A stretch of DNA of 64,000 nt. Origin: Lingula anatina. Taxonomy: Eukaryota > Animalia > Brachiopoda. Where the stretch lies: positions 17,770,651-17,834,650 of the forward strand of contig CM120647.1 in NCBI GenBank assembly GCA_051362555.1, read 5' to 3'. The position numbers were made by a program, and so were the translations under genes. The notes under the pieces were generated by a model. The model was given only the letters and a program-made list of their open reading frames with translations. It ran no database searches and was not told the origin of the DNA. This document shows, piece by piece, positions 1 through 12,303 of the stretch (position 1 is the first letter of the stretch; every line of letters begins with the position of its first letter).

Positions 1-886
1 AATGCACATTGTATGTAAGAAGTAAAATTCAAGAAGAATAAGTTAATATATTTTGGCGAATAATTTTCCAAGGTGGGGCAATTAAACTGCAATAAATACC
101 ATATTCTGTACAGTGTTTGACATCAAAAAAAAAAAAAAAAAACTTCCTTCTGTGAAAGCAAATGTTCTGTGGGTTAAGCTGTCAAAGTGTTATGGGAAGT
201 ATAAACTTAGCTGCCAAGAACCTGCAGTTTTTTCAAGAACCATACAGCCTCATTAGCGGCTGATTTATGGCAGACTTTGCTGGCAACAGGACGTATGATT
301 GGCAAGATATTAACCAATTAGGTGTTTGGAAAGCATAATCTGCTCCATCACTCTTCCTGACTGACCTTTTTTGTTAGGGATTTCTGGATGTTTCAGAATG
401 AAGATTTTCTGTCAAAAGAGAGGGGGGGGGGGGAAGACTTCATTTTGATTGATGGATCAGGTGCGAGTGGGGGAGGGGCTGTAAGATGTTATCTCTCAGC
501 TCCTAGGCAGGACATCAGACAGAAGACGGACTCCTTGGCCCTCAATTGCACTGATAAAATATAAAAAGCATAAAATTGCTCATTATAGAAACTGAAACAA
601 CAGTCAAGTTTTTCTTTCCCTTATTCCTCATGAGCTATGTAATATTGCTTCAGGCAGCTGCCAAACGACAGTTAATTGCTCCTTTATATAGACCCATTTA
701 ACATATACTTTTCCCCCCTGGCTGTCATATTAATATTAAGAAGTACAGTAACCAAGTGTCAACATTGAATGACATATGATATTCTACAGAGCTTTGGCTT
801 TGACATATAGCTGGAGAGAGAGAGAGACCATAGCCAGTGGGTAGTGATAACTGATCACCTGTCATTGAACCTTGACTGCTCCATAA

Positions 887-1070
887 GGGAGCATTCCCAG
901 TGAAACTGACAACCTAGTCAGATCGATCCAACTCCGTAGGGACTCTCACTAAACACAAAGAGATTTACTGAGTGACAATCCTCCTCTAGCAGCTAGGAGG
1001 TGATTATATCTCGTGTACTCTCGAGTCGGATCAATCTGTCTAATACAGAAGTTTCATCCTGAATACAGCC
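887..1070. mobile_element. PIF/Harbinger-type MITE (degenerate)
   Basis: Imperfect TIRs (GGGAGCATTCCCAGTGAAACT vs revcomp GGCTGTATTCAGGATGAAACT), TAA on both flanks, and an internal GATCGATCCAACTC motif shared with the elements at 45277-45750. Confidence 0.65.
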
Positions 1071-1351
1071 TAAGGCACGGCCATGTGACATGGTCAACTC
1101 CTGTTTTGACATATGGCTTGAGACATACAATGATAGCCAGTGGGCAGTTCTAACTGGGCACCTGTCTCTAGACATATCACTGCCCCCCAAGGCACAGTCA
1201 TATGAAGAGGAATAGTATGGGCAATACAAGTATCTATTTGTCTACTGTCATGATGAACTGGATTGGTGCAACTTACTGGGCTGAACTACTGCCTGTAATG
1301 GCTGATGTGAAGTTTGTGTGTAGAATATGGGTCTGAGACATGTTAATGTGA

Positions 1352-1524
1352 CTGGGGTAGCGCTAACACTCGCCAATTTAGCCAAATGCTAAAACTGACT
1401 TAAATTGGCTATAGAAAAAGGGCCTGATTTGACTTGTTTTAGTCAAATTATAACAATTTTGATAACAAATTGACAAAAAAGTGGTGATTTGGCTAAGCCA
1501 AAAAAATTGCTAGCACTACCCCAG
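1352..1524. mobile_element. MITE with 17-bp TIRs (hAT-like ends)
   Basis: CTGGGGTAGCGCTAACA ... TGCTAGCACTACCCCAG inverted ends with TGTGA directly repeated on both flanks. Confidence 0.7.
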
Positions 1525-1794
1525 TGTGATGTATGTGTCTCATTTGGAGAAAACTTGTTGATGATGATATGTGAATAAATAAAATGTGTTTGTCTCCTTT
1601 GGATAGTACTTACTGATGATGAACTGTAAATAGAAATAAGTGGTCAGTATGTTTGGTTAAAGCTGGTAAAAGGAAACTGGTTAAAAGAGAAATGCAGTAA
1701 GGAGGAGAAAATTTTATGGTAAATTCACTACTGAATGGTATCAGTATAATTTGGTTAAAACAATGTACATAAACACATAAAAGCATATGCACGT

Positions 1795-1809
1795 GCACAC
1801 ACACACACA

Positions 1810-1854
<45 letters not shown>
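1795..1854. repeat. (CA)n microsatellite
   Basis: Direct reading. Confidence 0.95.
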
Positions 1855-1858
<4 letters not shown>

Positions 1859-2428
1859 CGAGTTGTGTCTTAAAGCCATTTTTTTTAAATGAGACCAGAC
1901 GAGTTAAGTGTATACAGGGAGTAGTAGTAGTATATATAAATTGTACCTGGAGGGTCTACACCTGGTACAGTACACAACAGGCCACCTGGTGCTGCTGGGG
2001 AGAATTAATGTCTGTTTATATCTTACCTGAGAACTTAACTTACCTGTACTTAACCCAACCAGCTGTAACACTTGGTTAGACTTGGGGGGAGGGGAGGGAG
2101 TAAAAAGGGAAGTCGGGCAGTCTACTTTACAGGTATACCAAGCAGCATATTATTAAATACCTTGATTAAAGGGGGGCAGGGCAAGACTACCACTTAACAG
2201 ATTCATGGAGTCAAAATTTTTAATGAGAGTCTGTAGCTGAGGAGTTAAATGATAGGGATGGGAATTTTAATGCGTGTTATCAGGTACCTGCCTTCTGGAG
2301 GAAACGTGGATATGTTTGTAATGAGTTAATTTCATGGTCGGCTATTTAAATGTGGTACTTTTTCTGACAGTTGTCATGAATAAATTGTAAGTTGTAACTA
2401 GAAGTGGAGACATGGTACTTAAAATTTA

Positions 2429-2430
<2 letters not shown>

Positions 2431-2482
<52 letters not shown>
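2431..2482. repeat. (GT)n(GA)n compound microsatellite
   Basis: Direct reading. Confidence 0.95.
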
Positions 2483-4221
2483 AAGAGTGTCTGGACGAAG
2501 CATGAAATTATATTGCATTACATAGGCTTAAACTGAAAAAAAAGGATATGAAAATAGAAAAACACAATATGCCAATCATTGAAATCAGTGTTGAATTAGC
2601 CAATTAGTCATACAGATAAGAAACATATTTGTAGATCATTAGGTGTCTACCCCTGTGACATAGTGAGGCCAAAGGGGGGGGGGGGGTATGACAACTTGTG
2701 GCCTTACCTTATTGAAGAGAGTTCAGTTACTTGTGTCTTATTCACAGGATAGGTTGAAATGTTGACATGGGCATAATAGAGGACACGTGTTAACAATGGA
2801 AACTTGGCATCCAAGACACATATAATACTGAAGGGCTTTCATATGGTGGTTAAAATAAAACGACTCCTGGATGAGTAACTTTTCCGTTCAGTCTACACAT
2901 TTAAGAGTTATATGTCAGATTGATTGGGGCACATTCTTTGGGATTGGTTTTGGAAGTTAATGAATCATCTTTGAAACAGGTTCTGTTAGAGAGGAAAGAA
3001 AAATACTGTGAACTTTGTTAAATTATTATCAGGATTTGTGATAGATGTGAGAACCTTGAAAAGAGAAGAATTTACCTCTGGGAAAATTCTTCAAGAACAG
3101 TTTTATTTGGCCTGTCTAACACTATGTGGTCTGGTTGTTGTTCTCCCTCCAGCATTTTAGACTTATGGTCTTCAGAAATGTCATTAGGATATTTGTAAAG
3201 AGAGAAAGTCTGTCTCTCTTTCCTGCATATTTTGCCTCCCTCCATGTTTTATTTAAACTCAGATCTCAGATAGCTCAATCATTGCAAACAGATTAAAAAA
3301 AAAATTATAATCAGGAGGCCATGACTAATATGGAATTATACCCCCCTTGCTTGCTTTGGTGATTTTATGTCAATATGTTTTATTGATTGTGTACCTCTTG
3401 ATTATCAAGTAAATTTATGACAGATAAAAAGAGAGAGAAAAATCTTCCTAGGTTTGTCTCCCATTTCTCCAGTTAACCCTCTAATGATCAAGCATGGCAG
3501 ATGGTATATTCCACACTTTGTGGCCACTTGCGGCAAACTATAAAATCATGGAAACTCATTTTACATTAAGGATGATCTCTGCACCTGAACTTAAAAGAGA
3601 AAAAAATAAAACAGTATACGTGATTCAAGACAGAGCGGAGTCTTTTTAACTCATGAGTCAACCCCTGCTGTGTTTGAATAAACCGATAGACCTCAGACCT
3701 TTGCCCAGCTGCCTGAATATTCAAAGTCATCCAGGGGAGTTAGAGCTTTGGAAATCAATTTTGTCAGATATGGCAAGATTGTAATGAGAGAAAATAAATT
3801 TTGAAGTGATAAGAGAAGGGAAGGTCCAGTCAGAAAATGGATAAGGGAAAGAGTGAGACTTGGAACTGTCAATTTTGATGTGTGATGGCAGGGTTGGGCA
3901 TGATAAAAATAATGCTGGAGATGATTACAATTTACCTATTAATGCATATATATAAGGTCATTGCTCTAAATCAAGAGTGCTAATTAAATTAATGGATATA
4001 AGATATTTATGTCATTCTGTATACATTTTGTTTTATGATGAGTCAACTTTGGCAAAAAAAAAGTCATAAGTATGATGTATACTATTTCTTTTTGTTGGTA
4101 TTTGAAAAAAATGAAAAATAATTTCTTTGTAATCTTATTTTTGTCTTCTAGCATCTCTGTATTATAATTAGTTTTTCATTAAGATGAACTCTGTGTTACA
4201 GTTGTCCGTTCTTTGTTTTAG

Positions 4222-7200
4222 GATGGTGTAATGGAGGGTTCTGGGAATGGTAACCAGGAAGACGACACGGAGGGGTCGGGACCAGATGACGAGGAAGGTT
4301 CTGGAACCATAGGATTCGTTGGTAAGATGGAGCACAAGTGTGTGCATGCATGCTTGTGTGTACGTACGGATGGCCTGCCGAAGGAGACCATTGCAAAGCA
4401 TTCTCACTAAATTTCACTTATTCTGAAACATTGATACTAATTAATTAATAAAAAAAGAAATATATTAACATGGATTGAAAAAATTATTTCAAAAAGATTT
4501 CTTGATATTATTAAGAAATAACATGTACACAAAGATACTAGTGATCCAATGGAGATATTTCGGTAGTCCACAGAGTTTTCACCAAATGTAGAACACATGC
4601 GCAGTGGTGATACTGTGGCAGCAAGAAATAAGTGTTTCGTAGTCAGCAGTGAATTTTTTTTTTTTTTTTTTTAACCAACTTCATGACGGGCACATGTGTC
4701 CACTTTTGCGATGGCAGATCCCACAGTTGTTCTCACTCGTGAAACTTTTTGATCACACGTGGAATTCATTCTCAGATCTGTAGGGGGGCTGTTTACTTCT
4801 TCAGTTTTATTCTCCAGATTTGAACCAATATATATGTATATTTATTAAAAAATTTAGAAAAAAAAATACAAAATACCCAAAATGTGTAAGAAGTGTGAAA
4901 GGTTTTATTGACCTCCCCTCCAACCCTCATCTCTCCCATAAAAAAATGCGAAACAGTTTGATCTCTGCAAGGAGAGCAATGAGACTAAAATGACTACCAC
5001 CTTTTCCTGTATAAAAATTTGTATACAAAGTGAATCAAAGAGAGTCGGACTTTGAAAACTTGGATGAAATTCATGTCTTGGGTGCAAACTTCATGGGTGA
5101 AACCTTTCAACAGTTGGCCTGCCTCTTGTCATGTGTTGAAAAACAAGAAGAATGTGTATCTGGTTGGCCTGGTTCTCAAGTTGAAATCAAAACAGGACGT
5201 TGGGGGCTGAAGCTCATTCCAATCATATCCCAATGTCAAGTGTATTATTCCTTGATAATAATGATATTTGAAAATTACAGCTGAAAAGTTAAAGCCTAAT
5301 AAATAAATATTGTGCATGTTTTTAATATGTATATAAAAAGGAATTGTTTAAGTTTTAGACCTTCAGGATCTTCTGATTTATTAGATGACTATAGATTAAT
5401 CTAGAATCAAAATAGACTAAATTTTTGGTCTCAAGTTTGTCTTATCTGCCCCCTGTTACAGTCAGTCAGTATTAATTCAACAACTCTCTCTTCCTTCTGC
5501 TGCTCAGATGCTAACTCATTAGACTTTGCATTCACAGGTTGGTATTCTGTGGTATATAGCTGTCTTACCAGTATGTCCTTTTCACACCCACCATAATACT
5601 CCAGTGACACAGTCTGTAGTGTACCAGTACACTTTGAGAGATTGACAACTTTTAAGATAGCGAATGGCCAAATCGGAGCACTTGCATTTGGTACTGCTTG
5701 CTAATTAACGTAGCAGCAGGAAACAAATTGTGGAGATCTTGTGAAAGAAAATTAAAAAATCCTTGTAGTGTAATCTCATGTTCAGGAGTCCAAAGTGTAC
5801 CAGTGCAGACTGTACCACTGTAATATTCCACTTGGTGTGGAAAGGGCCTTATTTGTAAATGCAAAATGGTACTAGTAATTATTCTCATCATTTGAACAAA
5901 ATTACTGAATCAGATTTTTACAAAGCAGTGTTTTGATGTCCACAACTATAAAATATGATCATAAGAAATAAAAATAAAAAGTAAGTTTGGCTCTTTTCAT
6001 CTTGTTGTAATTAACTAAAAAAAAAAAGACTAATCTGGATAAATGAAAAAAATTAAAATGTGAGAATAATTACCGAACAGCTGTTGTATATGTGGCAACG
6101 GTGACTTTTATACATTTCACCAGCATTTAAGACCATGTAGTGTGTCAAGATGGTAGCTATGGCAACACTGCTTAAACGTGGTTTTTCTGAGGACTGTCAG
6201 ATTAAAATGAGAACAAATGTTGAACTGATCTTTGAATTAGTTATTTTACGCGAAATGTCAGATTCTTTTGCTTGTAAATAGTGTAGCTTTGATGCATGTA
6301 AGCCAAATTGGCTACCTGTATAACTTTCTTTTTTCTTTGCAAAGGAGATCTGTGGTCATTTGCAGGTAGATCTTTGTGGCCTTTATCTTTCTACGTTGTA
6401 AAATGTCACAAACCCTCAAATGTGATGCGATCAGAGTTATAACATTCAGCTTATCATTTACGAACGAAGTGAAAGAAGTTGTCTGCTTAGTACTTGAAAG
6501 TAAAACTTTCCTAAAGCTAATATTTTTAGTAGTCTTAGTGTTCATCTCTACTGTTGATGTACATTGTCAGAACGTAATCCGCCCCCCCCCCCCCCCCCCC
6601 ACCACCACCACCACCACCCACCACCCACCCTTATTCTATCCCCCTTCCCCTTTGCACCCTTTTGACTTAAATCAGAAGCCTGTGGTGGACCTTTTGCAGT
6701 TTCTGGACCCCACCTACTTTCTTTCCTACTTTTTTCTTACAGCCAAAAACCATATCTGCTTGTTGGGTTCTTTCTATGTTGTCACAGACATCAAAATGGG
6801 GTTTTCCTACAAATGGAGAATCCCCTCTTTTTATGGTGCTGGATATTATGGCTTTTGATATGTACTAGTATTTGTGATGTATGTACTCGATGTAGTATAT
6901 AATGTTGACTTACGTCTTGATGTTTCTTCTCGTAACAGCTGTGTAAGAGGGTAAATTTCAAAAATATCTGTTTTTAAAGTTACAAAAACAGCTATACCCA
7001 GTAGTTTTTACACTCTTATATTATGGGGGGGGGGGGGGGGTATTTAACCTTCTCAGGTAGAGGTTACTGTTACACCTACACCAGTAATATTCTTCTCTGT
7101 ATGTTTCTCGTTAGCTATAAAAGTATTGAACTGGAAAAAATAACCTTACACTCAGATGTTGTGTTAAGAACCCATTATTGAACCACAGCTGATGAAATTC

Positions 7201-9193
7201 TCGGCGAGAAAAAAAATATAGATTTCTAAGAGTAATTCACACAGCCCTGCCTATGTAGATCTACATACAATACATCCAGTCATAACAACCACCACCTTCT
7301 TCATCACTTTCAGACACCGTCACGGGGAGCACGAGTCGACCACGCACTCAGTGCGAACTCACGTACCAGGAAGTCATGCGACAAAACTTGTTGGGCGCAT
7401 TCATGCCTCGCTGTCACCCAGAAACGGGCGAGTTTCAGGCCATGCAGTGTCACGGGAGCACGGGATTCTGCTGGTGCGTAGACTTGGAGGGACGTGAGCT
7501 GCCTGGGACGAGGAAGAGAGGACAGATGGACTGTGACAGTGAGTATTTTGAAGAGACACATGTGTGTCAGCATACGCATGCAAGCACATGCACACCATAG
7601 TACATTCCAGTGTAGTGTAGAGAGATTTCTTTTCTTAACTTGTAATAACTACACGCATCATCTATCTGAAACTTTAAATTGATTGAAAAGATTGAACTAT
7701 TTGTTTGTTTGTTTATTATTGTTTCTTTAGTATTATTATTATCATGACTATTATTAATATTATTATTATTTGATGAATCTTTGATATTTGATGTGGCGAT
7801 CTTTTTCAGGTGTGCGCATGAATATTCACATCAAGGGTGACAAAGCAACGACACACAGCAACAAGGTGATGAAATCGACATCGAAGGCGCCGATGCCCTC
7901 GACCACAACAATCAGTAATGTGGTGCCAGGTAGGTCCTTGTATACCTTCACTTACAGGTGGGACAACTGCCACAATATATGCCCACTTGATAGATGCCAG
8001 GTGGTTTTTCAGTCAGGAAACTGAATCAATAAACTAATTTATTTATATACTTGTTTCATCCGTCTATTTATTTTAAGGAAAAGAATTTATGCAAAAAGTA
8101 ACTGAAAAAAGTAACTATTTTGTAAAGAAGGATGAAAGTATATATATACATTTTGCATGTTAAGATGATTGTTTCAGTATTATCCTAGTCAAAGCCATAG
8201 AAAAAGAAGTCTTCTTTCTTTGAATGAAGTGACTAGATTTATGTCTCATGTATTTGAAAAGATGCATTTCGTGTTTGAAGAGATTACCTTACAGAATTTT
8301 TTTTGTCTCCTTTTTCCAGGAGCAGACGTTGGCAAGCCAAAAGAGAATCTTCAGGAAACCAACAAAGATTACAAGAATGATGACATTGATGGCAACATGA
8401 TCAACCTTGCCCAAAAAACAGAAGAGGGTGATTCCAATAATGCCTTTATTTCTGCCAGCCCAGGTTTGTTGGCAGGTGAGTTGATAGAAAAAAAAGTTTC
8501 ATTGGAGGCCAGTCCACCTCTCTTTTCCAGACATGAGCTTTTACCGTGGAAATGAGGAATTCTGCATTTTTTTTTAAATTCAATTCTGAGGCGGTCCCCG
8601 GCCCTTGGTAGGTTAAATGTTGGGTTCCATGATAAATGTTCAGAGTTTTTTTTTTTTTTTACTTAGGCTCATGTCTCATTCAGAACTTCTAAACAAATTG
8701 TCTGTATGTAGTATATACAAAATGTTGTTCAGAAGAACAAAAATTCTTTATTTTGTTTGAATTGCATAAGTATCATGTCAAATAAACGTATAGATCTTTA
8801 AGAAGTAAATAAGGTATTTAAACTATGCATCTATGAAGATATGCTATAAAAATGTAATATTTAATCCATGCTTTAGGCCCCTAGGCCTTCTTCAGGGATT
8901 TTGAAAAAAAAAAAGGTCAATGATCAAAAGCTTGGATTAGATATAACATCTTAATAGTAAATCTTCATAGATGCATCAGTATAATTGCATAATAAATATT
9001 TATCATTTATTTTTCCTCTTTCTTTAAAGGTATTATTGGTGGCGCTGTGGTGGGGCTCCTCTGCGCCATTCTACTGGTGATGTTTATCGTCTACCGAATG
9101 AGGAAAAAAGACGAGGGAAGTTATGCACTGGACGAGCCTAAAAAACAGCCGCTACCATACTCCAAGAACACAAATAGGGAGTTCTACGCGTAG
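4222..9193 (+). CDS. SDC: Syndecan (heparan sulfate proteoglycan) with thyroglobulin type-1 domain; 5'-partial, signal-peptide exon not identified in window
   Basis: Exons 4222-4321 ([33 protein letters not shown], three acidic SG GAG-attachment sites), 7314-7538 (TY domain), 7810-7929 (S/T-rich), 8320-8475 and 9030-9193 ([24 protein letters not shown], then [11 protein letters not shown]1 box and C-terminal EFYA PDZ-binding motif). All junctions are GT-AG and phase-consistent. Confidence 0.96.
5508..5537 (+). CDS. SDC: Candidate 30-nt alternative microexon of syndecan ([10 protein letters not shown])
   Basis: Polypyrimidine tract ctctctcttccttctgctgctcag, donor CAG|GTTGGT, phase 1-1, open frame. 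Confidence 0.5.
7314..7538 (+). CDS. SDC: Thyroglobulin type-1 domain exon of syndecan
   Basis: QCE...GAFMPRC...[26 protein letters not shown]....MDC matches the six-Cys TY signature (QC, CWCV). The exon is 225 nt, phase 1-1. Confidence 0.92.
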
Positions 9194-12076
9194 AGGGGTG
9201 AGGCCTCGGCTCGCATGCTCTACATAACTGTTCCATTCTTTGTGATATAGTGAAGACTTTTCTTAATTTGGGTCTGGGCTTCTTGGGATGTAGGGGGGAC
9301 TGAGTGGCCACGGTGTCGATTGCAACATCTTCTTTACTCTACCAGGACAAGGATACCTGAGTGTACATGCTCTGCGCCCCTACATCCCAACAGAAACTTA
9401 ACCAGAACATTCACCAATAGAATTATCTTTATTTAATTTTGTTCGACACACTTTATCATTTGCTGTCCATATCTTTTGAGTATCACAATTGGTTTGATTT
9501 GAGTTGCCAGCAGGGTAAAGAAAATCGGAAGAATCTTTGCATAACTGCTACTTGGTGACCGTGCAGGTTATTACAAGGACCAGGGTTTTCATATTGCCAC
9601 TTTTGTATATGTACATATGATATACTGTGTATTTTACGCCTGTCACAACTGAACTTTGTCCGAGGAAAACACATTGGTTATTATTACAACTATCGTTATT
9701 ATGTATTCATTAAGTAGTTAAGAATTTCAAATTCTTTCGATATAATACTGTTATATCTGGTCCCAAAAACACGGTGATACTGGCTTGAAAGGCAGGAAAA
9801 CTAAGCTAAACAGAAGTCAGTGTCTGCCCAGTTACGTCTAACTTATTATTAATTTCTTGCTGAAGATAATGTGTATATTAATTGTAGTACATGTGGGTCA
9901 TGTGATCACAGAAATGAGGTCAGGTGACCATGACTGAGGTCATGTGACTCCTACTGCGGTCACATGACTCTTCTTGTTTTAGACTAACCTTAATCTGTGT
10001 AATCACTGTATTATAGTAAGCGAGCACTGCAAATATGCACTGCGTGCTCTCCTTAGGTAGGTTTTATCATGTCCTGTGCATTTTAGGAATTTGTTTGTAT
10101 TTGTGATCTAAAAAAATTGCAAACATCGAGAGCATCTGAAAGCCATAGAGATCACATTACTTGTATTATATTGTAGTTCAATTTAATTTGCATAGCTTAT
10201 TAGCAACAAATTAGGCATGCAATTACAGTATAGAGTAGCCCTGCAGTAAATGAGATGTACAAATATGATTGGCTGTGTTAATTAAAGTAGTAAGAATATT
10301 GTATCGTATTATGTAATTGAAACTACTGCACTTGGATGCGATTGGTCACCCTTTTTGATTTACAAGCTATAATTTTATTGTTATACTCATCATTAAAGGA
10401 TCATAAGTCTTAAGACATGCAAGGGAGTTGCTATTTTCCTAAGATTGTCATCATCATTTTTTTTTCTTTTTTTTTTTTTTTGTGAAAACCACATGGAAAA
10501 AATTACATATCTTGCTGTATTTGGTATTTTTCTGCATACGAATTTTTTTTTCATATATTTGGTGAATGAGGTTTTACACAGTTACAAATTTCAACATTAT
10601 CTGAGTGTCACATAGTATTCTAATTTTACTTTTTTAATGGGAAATGTTTGGCATCATTATTATGGTTCCATTTTGAATTCTTTATAAAATGCCATGTGTA
10701 TCATCCATCATTTAATGCCAACTATTTTAAGATCAACGCTTTTATTGTTAGCAGGTGAAATAGACCGGAGATCCTATGGTCCTAACGCTATGAGTGACAA
10801 GTGTGAAATTATTATAAAAGAAACAATGTTGCACATATGATATTTCACCACTATGTATTCTTATATGTGGTAGTTCAGATTTTGTTATACCTCAGTATTG
10901 CATTTGAATTTTGTAAAAAAAAAAAAAGTACAATAATTAGGACATTCTTGGCGTGGCAGTGGACTTTGGGGTGAGCGACACAGAATTTCTTGATGGCACA
11001 TTTGAGTATTTTTAATAGTTCAAAAAGAGGAAATCTTAGTTTTAAATCTGTAATTTTCACATTTTCAGTTTATTTGTGAAAGGATTAACCAATTTATACA
11101 ATGGAATTGATTGGCTCCTCCTTAACATCACTGAATGGCTGTATGTTCTAAATGTGTCATTAAAAGTCTCGCTAATCCCATATTTCCAAATGGCGTCTGT
11201 ACTTACTCTTGATTAAAAAAAAAAAAGAAAAACAATCAATGTGGGAAAGCTTGGAAACTGTACATGTTATAAACGAGAGGGTGCTTTTTTTGCCAAGATG
11301 GGGTGCCAATTTGTGAATTTTATTTTTTTTCCAATTTGATGCTCTAATGCAGATTAAGGAACAGGAAAATTAACAGGTTGTGTCGCTGTGCATCATGATT
11401 GCTGAAATTTCATCTTGCTTTATAATGGGAGTCGTGCAACAAATAACTAAGTGATCAGTCCTTGCTCTGAAAGAACAGGAACTGTGTAAGAGAAGAAATT
11501 GAAGGATTTTCTTCCACATGGTGATCATAGCGAAATAAGAGTGCTTTAAACAGGGGATAGCTCGTTTCAAACATAAAATGGTGTCCCATCTTGCAGCCCA
11601 TTTTTAATGTATGTGCCTGTGCAAACCATGCAGTCAGCCTGCCTCATGGCAACTCTGGGAATCATGATGGATAATTTTTCTTTAAAGCAAATACAGTAAT
11701 TATCTACAAATTTCAAACACCTCACTTATACCCCCCCCCCCCCCAAAGTTTCATTTAGTTATCACATAAACTATTTCTGATAGAAAATGAAATGGGAACA
11801 GTATTTTTTCATCCTTACATTTTACCTTCAAATATTTTTTTTCTTTGAATTGATCAAAAGCCATTATAACCGGTATGACATACCTGACAGAACCCAGCTT
11901 AACATGGAGAGACAAACGCGTCTTCAGGTATAGTCTTGATACCAGTGATATAATGGCGCAAGATAATGGAACTATTCCCAGAGTTTGTCCTCACAGCCGT
12001 GGGTTTAATGTGACTGTATGGTCAAGTGTGTATTGTTGCCATCTGTGAGTTCATTTCAGATCATGTACCACATTGT

Positions 12077-12082
12077 AATAAA
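12077..12082 (+). promoter_or_regulatory. Probable syndecan polyadenylation signal
   Basis: AATAAA followed about 15-30 nt later by a GT/T-rich tract; T-rich strand bias ends near here. Confidence 0.5.
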
Positions 12083-12297
12083 CATTTCTACTCTACTGCT
12101 GTTGTTTTCTTAGTTGATGAAGACTTTTGTAAAGTCTTGTTCTTGCTATGCCTCCCATATTCCCAGTCTCCAGCATTGCGCATCTTGTTAACATTAACTA
12201 ACAAAATTGCCACCCATCCTTCAAAATTAAGATTAAACAGTTTGTGAATGTCAATAAGAAACACTTTTTTTTTTTTTTGATAGAGACATTCTAATAA

Positions 12298-12303
12298 TTT
12301 ATT
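12298..12303 (-). promoter_or_regulatory. Probable DGK-theta polyadenylation signal
   Basis: TTTATT on + (AATAAA on -), where strand composition switches to A-rich. Confidence 0.5.

Noticed and set aside
1250-1304. Possible C/D-box snoRNA (ATGATGA...CTGA)
   Set aside because: Too short, no terminal stem, and no recognisable rRNA guide.
6376-6858. 160-aa ORF with poly-P/T, and the 180-aa ORF at 15605-16147
   Set aside because: Low-complexity intronic or UTR sequence with no domain signal.
6939-6950. Possible 12-nt syndecan microexon (cag|CTGTGTAAGAGG|gtaaat)
   Set aside because: It contains an in-frame TAA in phase 1 and the donor is weak.
9248-9282. SECIS-like GTGA...AA motif in the syndecan 3' UTR
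   Set aside because: The stem is too short, there is no 3' GA quartet partner, and the visible CDS has no in-frame TGA.
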